A stretch of DNA of 52,899 nucleotides, filler included, from Bipalium vagum (lineage: Eukaryota), in assembly GCA_037834085.1 (NCBI GenBank). It is 3 parts of 3 records of this genome, joined end to end, with 100 filler letters (N's around TTAATTAATTAA, not from the genome) between each part and the next. Parts side by side here need not be neighbours in the genome. Positions count along the whole stretch, not along the records: positions 1 to 16,501 come from JBBMKC010107973.1; 2 more parts are not named here. The stretch is one strand, 5' to 3'. Below are positions 1 to 12,800 of the stretch, one piece after another. Positions within the stretch are counted from its first letter, which is position 1, and each line of letters begins with the position of its first letter. Made by a program: the position numbers and the translations under genes. The notes beneath the pieces were generated by a model. It was given only the letters and a program-made list of their open reading frames with translations. It was not told where the DNA came from and did no database searches.

Positions 1-245
1 AATAATAATTGGTTATTATCCAATTCCACCAATACTATGTATCAATACTCCAATGTGACATGAACTTTTTCATTTTGTAAATATTTTTCCATATTATTAT
101 TTTGAAATATATTTATATTTATTACTTTATATTAGTAATAAAATAGTCTATATTAACGAATAACCATATATAGCCTTATTAGACCATTTCTCGTGTATAT
201 GAAGGAATTCGTTGATTATAATATCATTTGCTTATTTGTATATTA

Positions 246-600
246 TTAGGTGTAAAGTTGAAAATGACGTTCTTATAAACGATAATCCCATTTATTAATA
301 TAAATCATTTTAATATTGATGTAAAACATTTGTTTATATAATACTTTTCACGCGCTATCCTTGAAAATATGTCTGAGATCATAAAAGTAAGTATAATGTA
401 TAAGTTTTGTCAATTAATGTGTCTTAATTTCAGCTAAATAAATATCATTTGCGGTACGCAATATTTCTTATCGTTCTGGTTACAAGCGGATTCCACTGAC
501 AAAGAAGTCCGAGTCTTTTGACACAAACCAATCATTTTTCAACATCTTCACTGAAAGTAAAGCATTCTCCAGAGAGAGTTAAAATATTTTGTAGAGACAA
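246..600 (-). mobile_element. Mariner remnants (terminal repeat plus transposase C-terminus)
   Basis: Mos1-like TIR ta|ttaggtgtaaagttgaaaatgacgtt at 246; the minus strand reads EDVEK..DWFVSKDSDFFVSGIRL..PER. Confidence 0.6.
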
Positions 601-969
601 AAGTTCTTCAGATTTTGTTTAAAACTTTTGTTATTTTGAATAATTTTTTTAAACATATTATCGAGATATTGAGACTTTAACTTCGTGAAAAAGGGAGTAG
701 TCATAGCTGTACAGCTAATATATTATTTAGTTATTGTTTATATTTTGTTGATGTAGTTTGAAATCAATTAATTCTGGCCTGTAGCTATATACATTCCTAT
801 AATACTTTCCCTTTATCAACAAATTTTATTTCTTTAATATTCTGTAACCTCTTTTCGATGTACAAAGTTTCAATGTATTTTATATAATTGGTATTTATCT
901 CTCATTTTCATTCACGCTGGACTCTTCAGGCTAACGATTTCAACGAGATTAAAGAGAGAACAATGTGTA

Positions 970-1255
970 AATATAAAAACCTTTGGTTGTTTGTTAAGGT
1001 TTTCCATAACATAAAGTTATTATGACCGTTTCAGTAAGCCAATAATTAGAATGGAAATATTTCCGTAAGAATTATGGAGATAAAAGGCAAATCCTTCAAA
1101 GAAAAGATATATTTGTTAAGAAAATCATTTCCAAAGTGACAAGTGTTCACACTAATCTTCCTTCATCTATGGCGTCAATATAATAGTTCTTTTTTGCATA
1201 CTGCTCGTCAGACAGCTCTTGAGATCTGAAATTAAGAGCTAACTTGAAGCACATG
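970..1255. repeat. About 285-bp direct duplication, copy 1 (partner 7012-7295); covers the peptide exon and its 3' UTR
   Basis: Base-by-base near identity (over 90% by eye) with 7012-7295. Confidence 0.95.
1147..1225 (-). CDS. Paralogous prepropeptide terminal exon, SQELSDEQYAKK-NYYIDAIDEGRLV-stop (may be an orphan or pseudo-exon)
   Basis: Four nucleotide differences from 7187-7265, frame and acceptor intact, same mature peptide; a repeat element is inserted about 50 nt upstream. Confidence 0.6.
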
Positions 1256-1274
1256 GTTATTTATTTGTTATCAA

Positions 1275-1545
1275 TATAAGGATTGGTTCGAACAATTAGT
1301 TTGCTTTAATTTTTTAAAATAAGGATCTCACCCCTAAATTAACGATTATAAATGTTTTTAATTTAAAGTTTTAAAAATTATTAAGTTACGGTTTTGTAAA
1401 TATTTTTAGTTAAAATTTTAAATAAAAATGGCACAAAAGATTTTGATAGATTTTTATAAAGTAAATAATTTAGTTTTAAAAGATAGTGAGATCCATTTTT
1501 GAAAAGTTGGTTTAAGTGATCGGATTTAATGAAATATTTTATTAT
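1275..1545. mobile_element. Non-autonomous interspersed repeat (MITE-like), related copy at 49938-50225
   Basis: Shared blocks tataagga.tggttcgaa.aattagt, ctcac.cctaaattaacg, gtgag.tccatttt.gaaaagtt.gtttaa...atcggattta.tgaaata. Confidence 0.65.
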
Positions 1546-2091
1546 TGATTTGATATCCCATATATATATATTATTTTAAATGACAACACAAGAATATAAC
1601 TACCGATATAACGATAATAATGATAATAAAAAATAAAATAAAAATAATTTTAATAATAATAATAAAAATAAAAAAATCAATATACTTTGCAGCATACGAT
1701 AAAAAGGTAGAAAGACTAAAAATATGAATTATGAAAAATAAAAATTAATTGATCAACTAATTGCTAAATGTACCCTCAGTTTATAAATCGCAAAAATCTG
1801 AAAAATTAATAATTTTATTAATGACTGTTGATTGAGCACAAGTACTAAGCTTTAATTAATAACAGAGGTTGTAAATTATAATTTTTATTTACATTTTATA
1901 ATTATTAATTATCTGGAAATTCTCTAATTGTCGGTATTGTATTTTTAGATTCTTTATTTTGTTAATCTTTATTCAATATTTAATTTATTATTATTTTTAT
2001 AGTAAAAATTTTTAAAAATAAATTAAAATTATAATAAATAATCTTTTTTCATAATTTTTAACATTTCATCAGATTTTAATCATCTAACGAA

Positions 2092-2251
2092 NNNNNNNNN
2101 NNNNNNNNNNNNNNNNNNNNNNNNNNNNNNNNNNNNNNNNNNNNNNNNNNNNNNNNNNNNNNNNNNNNNNNNNNNNNNNNNNNNNNNNNNNNNNNNNNNN
2201 NNNNNNNNNNNNNNNNNNNNNNNNNNNNNNNNNNNNNNNNNNNNNNNNNNN
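2092..2251. other. Assembly gap (160 N)
   Basis: Run of N. Confidence 1.
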
Positions 2252-2984
2252 TACTTTTCAATGTCAGATTTTCATTTCATTTTTGTTTGCTAAGCAAATC
2301 TTTCGCCAAATCATTTTCAATAGACAAAAGTTTCCTTTGAAGAATTATATTTAACAAATAATGTAATCAGTTTTCGTTTTTTCATCTTATAATAAGTTTT
2401 TTGTTAAATTTAAATCTTTTAATGCTTCATAAAAATAGTTTCATTTTCATGTGCAAGTCTGACCTTTTACAATTAAATCACAAAAGAAAACAAAACAATT
2501 TTGTTTTAATTATTCAAAAAATTACATAATTTACAAAAATAAAATTGAGTAAATTGACATTTTTTTTGTATCGAAAACAAATAATTATTGATTTTTTTAT
2601 AAAAATTTAACTTTTATTAATTAACATTGATTGATTTTAACATTTTAATTTCCTTTCAAAGCATCTGACGGTAATTTTCTAGTCATGTAATATTTTTTAC
2701 AATCAATTTAAGTTACTGTGTTAACTGATATTTGTATTACATCAATTACAGTACGAGGAGAACCACAGATTCGGATCACTGGTAAATGTCCTTGATCGAA
2801 AGGTCAGTGGCACATTCGAGAGATTAAGGTTGGCTAAAGTATTTCGTGCACTCAACTTTACTTTGAGAATTTGAAGCATTTAGGCGCAGGGAAACAACAT
2901 GTGCCAATCATAGGAAATATATTAGCATACAGACAGGTTCTATTTTCGAGAAATATCGATTTCATTTAAGTACTGGTTTGAAGT

Positions 2985-3990
2985 TATTAGGTGAGTCAGA
3001 AAGTAACCGCGTTTTCCTAATTTTTAAAATTACCGTATTTTCAGGTACATAATACGCACATGTGTATCATAAGCACGTGGTTTTTAAAAATTTTATTTCA
3101 CGCCTTAAAAAACATTTGTATAATACGCTTTAATATATAATACGCATGAATTGGATCTGTTATATCACAATATTTTAAATGTTTAAATATACCATTTTTA
3201 TATTATATAATATTCTTATATTAAAATATAGAAAATATTTGTTTTAATATTAAAATTAAGTATTTCAAATTTATTAATGTTATTATAATTCTTACTATTA
3301 AAACAATTTAAATTATTATTTTTTAAAATACTTTTTCATAAGTAACTCATTAATAACTCATAAGTAGCGACTGAGCATATGTAAAAAATCCTCGACTGTA
3401 GTCCTACTACAGTTAAGACCTACTTACATATGATTGGAAAGTCATATAAGGCGGGTGACTGAGTACCCCATGAATCTACCGAAAAAAATTAAGCTGTTTG
3501 ACTATCTTTTTGTCAATCACTGATTCTGAAGAACAACAGTGATCCGTTTCAAATCAGACAATTGATGGCAACAAAAACTGTGATCAATTTGACAAATTAA
3601 ATAACTTGATTAAAATTTGTCCATCTTCATTAAACAGAAAAGGTGTCATTTTTCATCAGGAAAATGCCCGGCCACACATCTTGAAGATCACATCTAAAAA
3701 AATTAAAGACTTAGGATGGAAAGTTATCGCTCAGCCATCATATAGCCCAGACATTGCTCCACCAGATTTTCACCTCTTCAGATCTTTGCAGCACTTCTTG
3801 CTTGGAAAAAGATTTCAAAATGAAGATCATATCAAAAAGGAGATCCAATCATTTATTTATCCAGATCCATTTATTATTGACCCTAAATATTCCTCGTCAT
3901 TTGAAAAACGGATGAAATGCTTGGTTGACAAGTGGCAGACTATAGTAAAAAATATATTTTATTGTTTTATTGTATTATTATTTATTGGTG
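2985..3990 (+). mobile_element. Decayed mariner transposon, interrupted at about 3031 by a Tc2/pogo-like end
   Basis: TIR-like ttaggtgagtcagaaagtaaccgcg; *VPHES (WVPHEL), HQENARPH, YSPDIAPPDFHLFRSLQ; stops and an internal deletion; taccgtattttc...taatacgcac end at 3031. Confidence 0.9.
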
Positions 3991-5169
3991 TAATATTGGT
4001 ATTTTTTATTGGAGGAAAAAAGGTAAAAGATCCGAATTTAAGTACAAAAGATAAACAATTTTAATAATTTTAAAGATTTACACAAGTAAATTGTAAAGAT
4101 AGGCGCACTTTTAAACAAACCGCAATGAAAAACATTTTAAAGAATAATAAATGTGAATACACAAAAATACACTTTAAATACAAAAGTTGTTTTTAATTTT
4201 ATATTATTATTTATAAATATTGGCCAGGCTTAATGCTATCAAATATATAAAACAAAAAATATGCAAAAAAAATAATATCATTTTTTGTTATTAAAAAGTT
4301 GGAAAATATTGATAAAAAAATCGACTTTTTTTTATTGATAAATTTTATAATTTATTTTTTATTTTTAAAAAATTTTTTAAATAAAATTTTTGGCTACCAG
4401 CACCGTAGATTACTGTGATGAGGGAATTTTATTTATATTTTAAAATACTTTATATTTTTGAATAATCAGATTACGAATTGAAGATAAGGCGGAATAACGT
4501 AAACTGAGAAAGAAATAAAATAATAATTGATATTATCAAGTATTATTTGATAATTGATGAACGTTGAGCAAGGCAACAAAACGAGTCGTTGTTCGTAGTC
4601 TCAATTAAAGTTGGTAATTAGAATCGGTTCTCACTCCTGGTCTTCGCTTGCCGGGGCAACCCGACCCATCGATCGGGGTAAAAGAAGCTGAGTACAATGT
4701 AAACGAAGAACAAAATGTTTTCAGATGCATCAGAAACATTTGGGGATTTTAATTACATCAGTTTTCTCTTAAATACCAATGGTATATTATTGAAAAACCA
4801 TGAAAAAAGGTCAAATGTACACAGACCATTAAAACAAGCAAGCTTCACGACTAAACACATTTTCATCTTTAATTAAAAATATGCGGAAGAAATAAAAAAA
4901 AACTTAAGAATGTGTGGGGAGACTAATGATAAATAAGTGAAAAAACATTTTTAAAAAGTAAATCACCGCCAATGAAATGAAGAAATAAATATATAAAATG
5001 TTTTCGTAGGATTTGTTTAAATTTTTAAATTATTTATTTATTTATTTCACAATAATAAAATACAAAATCTTTTAATTTAACTTTATGTTTGTGAGGGCGT
5101 TTAGAAACGTTTTGAAAGCGACGGGATTGGTTTGACAATACAGCAAAACTGTAGAGGTCATTTTAATAT

Positions 5170-6250
5170 TCATTTCGAAACAAAAAAAATTATTCAAAAT
5201 AATGGACATTGTTTCACACATTTCTTCCATTTTCCAGTCAATGTTTGGATGCCATCCCAAAAAAAAACTTTTCTGGTTTCGAGGCGAACTATCCAGAGAT
5301 CTCAGTGTTGTTTAGCAAATCTATGTGCCATTGAACGGAACAGGTGAAAATCAGAAGGATCACGATCTGGTAAATACACCGGGTGGGTGAGTACTTCCTA
5401 TTTCATATCTTTTAACATACTTTTAACTGCTTTAGAATTGTGAGGCGCTGCGTTGTCATGTAGAAGAATTACTATTAACTATTAAAGACTGATTCAGCCG
5501 GGCTATTTGGTTTTTGTATCTCTCCGAACTAACACTTTCACTTGGTTGAGAAGCTCATGGTACACAACACCTTGATGAACCCATGCTTTGGGATTTTCAA
5601 AATAGATTCACTTTTCATCTCCTGTCAATAGTCGATGAAAGAAAAACTTTCTTTCGTGTCGTTGTAAGATCATGTCACTGACTACTTTTCTGTTTTCTAG
5701 TTGTCTTTAATTCAGTAGATGAAACAACCATTTTCCTACCTTTAAAATCCTACCAATATCATGTAGAGTACCCGATAATTGCTTGCTGAGTAACACATAT
5801 TCTTATGGCAAGTTGATTTTGCGATTGACAGGTATCTTCATCCAATAACTTTTGTAAATTTTGGTTTTCAAATTTGGAAGTACGGCCTGAGCGTTCTTTA
5901 TCCTTTACACTGAAATCATTACTTCTGAAGCGGTGAAACCAAAGTTCGTGTGTGTCCTGAGATACTACATATTTTCCATAAACATCGTATAATATCCTGC
6001 AGCTTTCTGCGGCAGTTATGTTCATCATGAAGTAATGAAAGAGAACTAGTGTTCTTTGCTTGGCTTAAGTGATGACATATTTAGATCTAAAAAATTTGAA
6101 ATTTTTAACATATTATGAACATATCAATGATTGCCCTATAATCAGATATTATTCAAACAAATTGATTTATATTTCATTTCGCAATTATATTTCGATATCT
6201 CACTAAATCTATTTTAAATAAATCCGCATTATTTATTTTATCTCTTATAT
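5170..6250 (-). mobile_element. Decayed mariner, Mos1/mauritiana-like
   Basis: AESCRILYDVYG..WFHRFRSNDF..KERSGR, TGDEK*IYFENP, LLHDNAAPH, PSDFHLFRSMAH; several stops and frameshifts. Confidence 0.9.
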
Positions 6251-6372
6251 AAATGTTTGAACTTGAACGTTGAAAAACGACATTTATTTCTGACCAACCA
6301 ATATCATTTCCATAAATAAACTTATTTTTTTAACTAGACATATTTATTTGACTTGACGGGATTAATTGTAAA

Positions 6373-7013
6373 ATGGAAAAAATTGAATATCGAGGAATTA
6401 TAAAATTGTTTGTCCTGGAAGTGATCCACAAGGTGGGCTTTGAAACTTAAACAAGTTCATACGGTGATTAAAGCTGATCCACTGACATCAAAAATCATTC
6501 AAGAAATCCATGATATAGGGTTGGATGATCGATGGATAAAAGTGAGAAAAATATGTTCTGCCACAGGCATTTCAGTAGAACGCTTAAGGTATTATTTGCA
6601 TGAAAACTTAAAGAAGGAAAATCCTTGTACAAGATGGGTACCGCATCTGCTTACAATCGCTTGCGATAAGGATAAGTGTAAAGAACTTGGATGAGAAATC
6701 GTATCTCGTCCACCATATTCGTCAGACACGGCGCCATTTGATTTCCATTTATTTAGATCGATGGTACATGGACTGTCAAAACGGAGCTTTTGCAAATATT
6801 TTGTAATATATGAAATTCTATTTTGGCTTGATGAATGAATTTTATCTAAAGAAAAAAATTTCTTTTACAATGGCATTCACAAGTTACCAGAAATTTAGAC
6901 CAATGTTATTGCTCACAATAGGAAATATGTATAAGATAATTACATGTTGTGTCTTTAAAATAAATGCATTTATTTTTTTAAAAAACTTCCGCAGAATTAA
7001 CTGCTACACCTAA
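6373..7013 (+). mobile_element. Chimeric or deleted mariner (Himar1/irritans-like N-half joined to a mauritiana-like C-terminus)
   Basis: MEKIEYRGIIKLF, DDRWIKVRKI, RWVPHLLT, then PPYSSDTAPFDFHLFRSMVHGL, FFYNGIHKLPE and TIR ...ctgctacacctaa|ta. Confidence 0.8.
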
Positions 7014-7295
7014 TATAAAAACCTTTGGCTGTTTGTTAAGGTTTTCCATAATATAAAGTTATTATGACCGTTACAGTAAACCAATAATTAGAATGGAAAT
7101 ATTTCCGTAAGAATTATGGAGATAAAAGTCAAATCCTTTAAAGAAAAGATATTTGTTCAGAAAATCATTTTCAAATTGACAAGTGTTCACACTAATCTTC
7201 CTTCATCTATGGCATCAATATAATAGTTCTTTTTTGCATACTGCTTGTCATAGAGCTCTTGAGATCTGAAGTTAAGTGCTAACTTGAAGCTCATG
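7012..7295. repeat. About 285-bp direct duplication, copy 2 (partner 970-1255)
   Basis: As above; the left edge abuts a mariner terminal repeat at a TA. Confidence 0.95.
7187..7265 (-). CDS. Paralogous prepropeptide terminal exon, SQELYDKQYAKK-NYYIDAIDEGRLV-stop
   Basis: ttcag|A phase-2 acceptor, TGA stop; mature peptide 10/13 identical to that of the 13.6 kb gene; upstream exon(s) uncertain. Confidence 0.72.
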
Positions 7296-7528
7296 TTAAC
7301 TGTCTATTTTTTAAAAATATTATCGATATAATAGTTAGCAAATTGAAGTGAAAGTACATGGTCACTTCTTTTGAGAAATAGTGAAATTATCACTTCTGTT
7401 ACCTGATATCAAATTGATCAAATACATATTGCAGAAAGTGGTCAGAAAGTGTATTCAGCTAGTACGAGACTACATTGAAAAATAAATTGTTTTTATCTTT
7501 TGATTTTGTTGTTTTTATATTTATTCAC

Positions 7529-7651
7529 CGTACTTTTCAACCCACTCTCATCCATGTCATCCACATAATTTTTATTGATGGAATAATGGATAGGTTTTCT
7601 TCTAAGAGAATTCTGTCTGAAAATCTTTTGGATTCGTCTATTCAAATAGAA
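7529..7651 (-). CDS. Candidate diverged prepropeptide exon FYLNRRIQKIFRQNSLRRKPIHYSINKNYVDDMDESGLKST
   Basis: Pyrimidine-rich ttttctcctag acceptor, plus an internal phase-2 ttttcag|A acceptor at 7617; gtgaat donor. SLRR and NYVDDMDESGL echo ALRR and NYYIDAIDEGRL of the paralogs. Confidence 0.45.
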
Positions 7652-8559
7652 CTAGGAGAAAATGTGATATTTCTTGTGTTATTTTAAAAAATATTAAAAC
7701 ATTAATATTTCCTAATATTTTATATTATATAATCATATAATTTTAAATCTGTTTATAAATGTAATGAGATCATTTCAACGTTACTTATTTCAAAATATGA
7801 TTACACTTCACACAGTCATCTTAAATTAAACATTTTAATGTTGTCCGGGTTTTTGTTTCCTACATTGTATGGGGTGACTAAGAAAGTCCTCCAAGTATAT
7901 TCAAGCCAAAACCTTTGTATCCTTAGTCTATTGATCTGATATGATCATTCATTCCTAAACTAAAAGGAATACTCTCCAAAATGTTAAATGGAAATTGGAC
8001 GAAAAATTTACAAATAAAAATTGAAAACAATTTCCAAAAATAAACACGGAAACTTTATTAAAATTTATCAAAAAACGAAATAAATTAGAAAAAAACCCAA
8101 AACCAAAATTGGTTTTATCTAAGCAAGATAAATTCAATCGGAATTCAATTACAGAGGTCAGGATTCGGTTTAGGTTTTATTAATCTGGGTCGATATCAAT
8201 TGTCCCCGTTCCTTCCATTGTAAATTATTTCGTGGGCAGATAGATTAGCTTACGTTAATTAAAATGAGGAAATTGATAAAGCCCACCATGTTTCTGTGAT
8301 AAAAGTGAATTAGAGGTTTGAGGATTTATTATGAAAACCCATCAAATAATAAATGGATCAAAGTACTTTACTCAACGTCGAATATTTTCTGGGAGGATCT
8401 TTTGAAAACTTTAATTAAATTAAAAAGTATTCACTAGATCCGAATATGTACATAATGAAGCAGGGGAAAGTTTACTTCAGTTACCCCAAGCCTCTGGGAG
8501 ACATTGATTTTGAACAAAGTTTTGATAAATTATTAGCGGTATGCATAAGTTTCCATCGT

Positions 8560-9707
8560 TTAAAGACAAAATTTTTATTGATATTTTGATTTGTTCAATA
8601 AGTCAATACGTTTTTATTGAACAATTTAGGATCATTTATTTAATATAACAAAGTCTGTGGTAGCTTCATTATTCCTCACAGATACAAGTCTCTCTCTGCA
8701 AACAACCTCTCAAGATCTTGTTTATAAACGTATACCAATAAATTAGTTCTGAAGGGAGCTAAACAAATGTAAATCGGAATACACATGGTCTGGATTATAA
8801 AGGTGACTGTGACAATGCATCCCACTCAAGCTCGAGAAATATTTGGCGAAACAAATTGTGGGGAAGACCACCATTTTTCAGTTGACCAGCTCAAGATTTT
8901 TTTGTTGGATGGAAACAGTAGATTTCTGAATTTATATTTTTATTCGTAAGGATTTTCTTGTAGTAGACAAGTCCCTTCCAATCCTATCAGATTGAAAGCA
9001 TAGCCTTCTTCTGGTGAATATCTACTTTTGCTTGCGTCTCCTGTGTTTTATCTTCTTTTAGACGAGCTTCTTTTTCTGTAGAAATTATTGTAAACTATCC
9101 ACTTTTCTTCCCCCTTAATCATGCGCCTGAGAAATGGGTCGCCTTCTTTGAGTTTCATGAGTTGATTGCAAATATCAATTCGATTGACTTTGAATTTCTT
9201 TCAATTCGTACGGAACCCAGACATTCAATTTTTTGATGAAATTAGCTGACTTTTTATGACCGTGAATGGTTCCAACGGATAAATTTAGAGCACTCACAAT
9301 TTCTTTGACCGTCGAATGACTATTTACTTTGATGACAATCGTAACAGGTGTGCCAGGCCGATGAAAATCGACGAAGGAAAACTTTTCAGCCACGGAACCA
9401 CTTCTGGTATTGTCTTTATTCACATTTTCGACATAAACTTTCATTATTTTTTCTGGCCTCAGTGGTTCCTTTTCCTATTTTGAAGTAAAAGAACAAAATT
9501 TTCAGTATATGCTCGTCAAAGTTCTCCATTTAAAATCACTATAAAAACACAAAAATTTTAAAAAATGAGGGTCAAAATGTACTTACATTTCTGTTTTTAA
9601 TGTAAATTATGATGTACTGTAGTATAATGACACATTAACACTAAAAATAATTGGAACCATTTACACTTCTAAAAATAACGGACTGACTTATTGAAAAATC
9701 CAATATA
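8560..9707 (-). mobile_element. Decayed near-full-length mariner
   Basis: HILKILFFYFKIG, WVPYEL, EKWIVYNN, HQKKAMLSI..DWKG, SDLHLFSSLQN; TIR-like end at about 9680-9707. Confidence 0.85.
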
Positions 9708-9714
9708 AATAACA

Positions 9715-9855
9715 TGGTACATTTAATCAAAATATTTCCCATCATGATTAACTAATTTTCCCATCTTTCTAGCCAAAGATTAAAATATTCGGTGAAAAAC
9801 TTTTTTGGGCATGGTTTAAGTAAAATCGACTGATTTTCTGCACCTCTTCAAAACT
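9715..9855 (-). mobile_element. Mariner C-terminal fragment
   Basis: FEEVQK...KLVNHDGKYFD. Confidence 0.5.
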
Positions 9856-12800
9856 ATAATGTACAACAGAAAAACTATGTGGCCTGGTAAATTATGGATA
9901 CCTTTAATACTTCTACTAAAACCTACCTAGTCAATCTAAAGGGACTGACTGTTTTCTTGACATTGTGTAGTTAAGTGTTGTTCAATTCCTCACTTTAAAT
10001 TCTTAATTAAAAATTCAACTAATTTTAGTTCTGTTGAGATGACAAATATTGTGTCGGTATCATTGCAAATATAAACTTATGTCAGTTAGGAGAAATGAGA
10101 AAGATGCAGTTATATATTTAAATGCTGCAGACCTCATATGTGGAATAATGCACATAATGTCTTAAGTCTCATAACACCGTTATTAGAAATAATTTACTCT
10201 ATCGTCATCTGTGTGCGTAAAAATCAAAATTTGATCCATATGCTTATTTTCATACACGTGTTGTTATAATGTCATTCTTACCAATAAGTAGTAAAATAAT
10301 ATTTTTTAAAAGAATACCAATAAGTCAGGTCTGAAGTGGTAAAGTTATTAACAAAATAGAAAAACTAGTACGCAACGGTTCACTCACAATATAACACTAA
10401 TCTTATTTATCAGTAAAACGTTTATCAAATAACATCATATGAACTTGTTGAACAAGTAAGAGTCGGAGGAAGGGGTTCCTTAAAACAAATCCCAAATAGA
10501 TTGTAAGAAAATATTTTAACCAGTACCTGAAATTTCCAAAACTCATAGGTCTTTCTGGTTTTAGAATTACTTATGTTTTATTGCTTATTAAATCTTAGGG
10601 TCTGTTAAGTAGTAGTGAAGTTATCAATTATCGGAGGGATACAATGGGAATTTATTCAAAGTCTTAGTTCAAAAGTGAAAGCAAAAAGACGTTATATTTT
10701 ACAAAAGACAAAAATTAAAGGTAACAAAGGACTTTTATTCAGTTGAAAAAAAAATTATTATAATAGTCATATATGGTGATCTTTTTTGAATAAGCAAACC
10801 ATAACAAAAAGATATGGAACAATTAAACAGATTTGTATTTTATTCGACCAAAGATTTTCTCCTCAAAAAATCAATTTGGACATGATGGGCACCTTTTTAA
10901 TTATTAATTTTTTTTGTTTGAACCTGCCAATGTTAGCATTATGCTAATTCTGAGTATGATTCCCTCATTTAAACAGGCTCCTATTAACATAATAAATGTC
11001 ACTTGAGGTATTCTATGGTACATAGGATGGATAAAACGTTCCCTAAATACATAATTATCCATAAAAGTTTTCTCCCTGGTTTCCCTTCGTTGAGGTCTAA
11101 AGTTTTGTTTTATTGATATTTCTTGCTTTATAAAAATCTTTTATTAAACCAATCTGGAAATTTACCTTTGCAAAAAAAAATTCGAAATAATAATAATATT
11201 AAAATGAAAATGAATTTTTTGCAACATATTTTCATTTTATTCAAATTTAATCAAATTATGATAAAAAAAAGAAAAAAGAAAATTCAATATTAAATTATCA
11301 ATAAAAGAAAAAGAAAAATATTCTGCTGGATAAAGAGTAATGAAATTTCAAAGACATTGTCAAAAATATAAAAGAAAGGATAAGTAATATTTTAAACGAA
11401 TATATTTAAAAATAATATAATAAATTTTGTTTTGCAGCAAAGAGAAAAATGCCTTTGGTTAGCGTCAAGTCTGAGATTTCCATTAATAAATGTTTTAATG
11501 AAATGAAATGCTCACCAAACATGCAAATGATATGGAAATAATTCTTAATATTCGAAAATTCTATTCAAATCATACTATCATCCGCATTATTAAATCAGTT
11601 ATTTTTTCTCCATCATTAATAATATTTTGTTTAAATAAATTAAAAAATATTTTTTATATTTTTCTTGTACTAATCACAGTTGACAATATGGATTTTTTTT
11701 CTGAAAATTATGTTGATTAATTAATTGAAAATTAAATTAAAAAAATAATTTTATTAAAAAAAAAATTTTTTAATTTAATTTAATTTAATTTTTTTAAAAA
11801 ATATTTTTGTTAAAATATATTTTATTTAAAATAAAATAACCAATTAAAAAGTTGAATAATGTGGGTAGTATTATAAATTAAATAAAATAAATTAAAACAT
11901 AAAACAAATAAAATTGTAAACAAAAATAAATAAATAAAATTATTGATTTTTTCAAAAAAAAGAGAAAAATGTCTTTTTATTTAGGAAAAACAATTATTAA
12001 TTAAAATATTAAAATAAATATAAATATAAATACCCCTTAGTTATATTTATATTTATGGAAATAAAATAATAAAATAAAAATAATTCTTCCATTTTAATTT
12101 ATTTTTCTACTGAAAATTTCTATGTTTTGATTTTTTCTATTTTTAAAAATCTTATCAAATATTCATAATTTAATACAAAACTATTTTACATATAAATGAA
12201 TTTAATGAGAGAAAAATTGAGCCTTTTTATTCATTATATGATCCCATTTCGATTTTTCTTAGTGTTCGATCAGAAATTAAATTTTGTTTTTCTGCGAAAA
12301 AGTACATTTTTAAATTTTTTATATTTTTCGTTTCTCTGTAAATAAAATAAATCTAATCTAAATAAATATAATAAATCTTCTTTGGGCTGACACGCCTATT
12401 TTTAATTTAATATTTATCCATTTGTAAATCCTTCATTATATACAAAAATAATAAAACAAGATCATTAAATAAATGGATAATCTAAATAATTTATAATAAA
12501 GGAAATCAATATGTTTAAATCAGATAAAAAAGATCACGTGAATACAGAAATAATAATATTAATAAATTATTTTCGTATTGTATGTATTAACCTAATAAAG
12601 AAATTAATATAAAATAAAACTATATAAATTAAAATAATTATTATATGAATTAAAAAAAATATAATAATTTTAAAAATAAAAATATTTTCAAATTATTGAA
12701 ATGATGTATATAAAATTAAATTAAAATTTTTTAAAAAATTGATTTTTTTTATTGGTTTTAAAATATTTAATCACACTTTGTTTTTTGGGAAAATGAAAAT

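Noticed and set aside
387-433. Canonical-looking 47-nt GTAAGT..TTTCAG intron on + giving MSEIIKLNKYHLRYAIFLIVLVTSGFH*
   Set aside because: Both flanks lie in mariner-derived sequence and the downstream part is antisense transposase; no independent support
2076-2261. 61-aa ORF in the ORF track
   Set aside because: Artefact of the N gap
970-7295. The 285-bp direct repeats about 6 kb apart as LTRs of a retrotransposon
   Set aside because: No gag/pol, PBS or PPT between them, no shared TG..CA ends or TSD; the repeat encodes a spliced peptide exon with a diverged paralog at 13.6 kb
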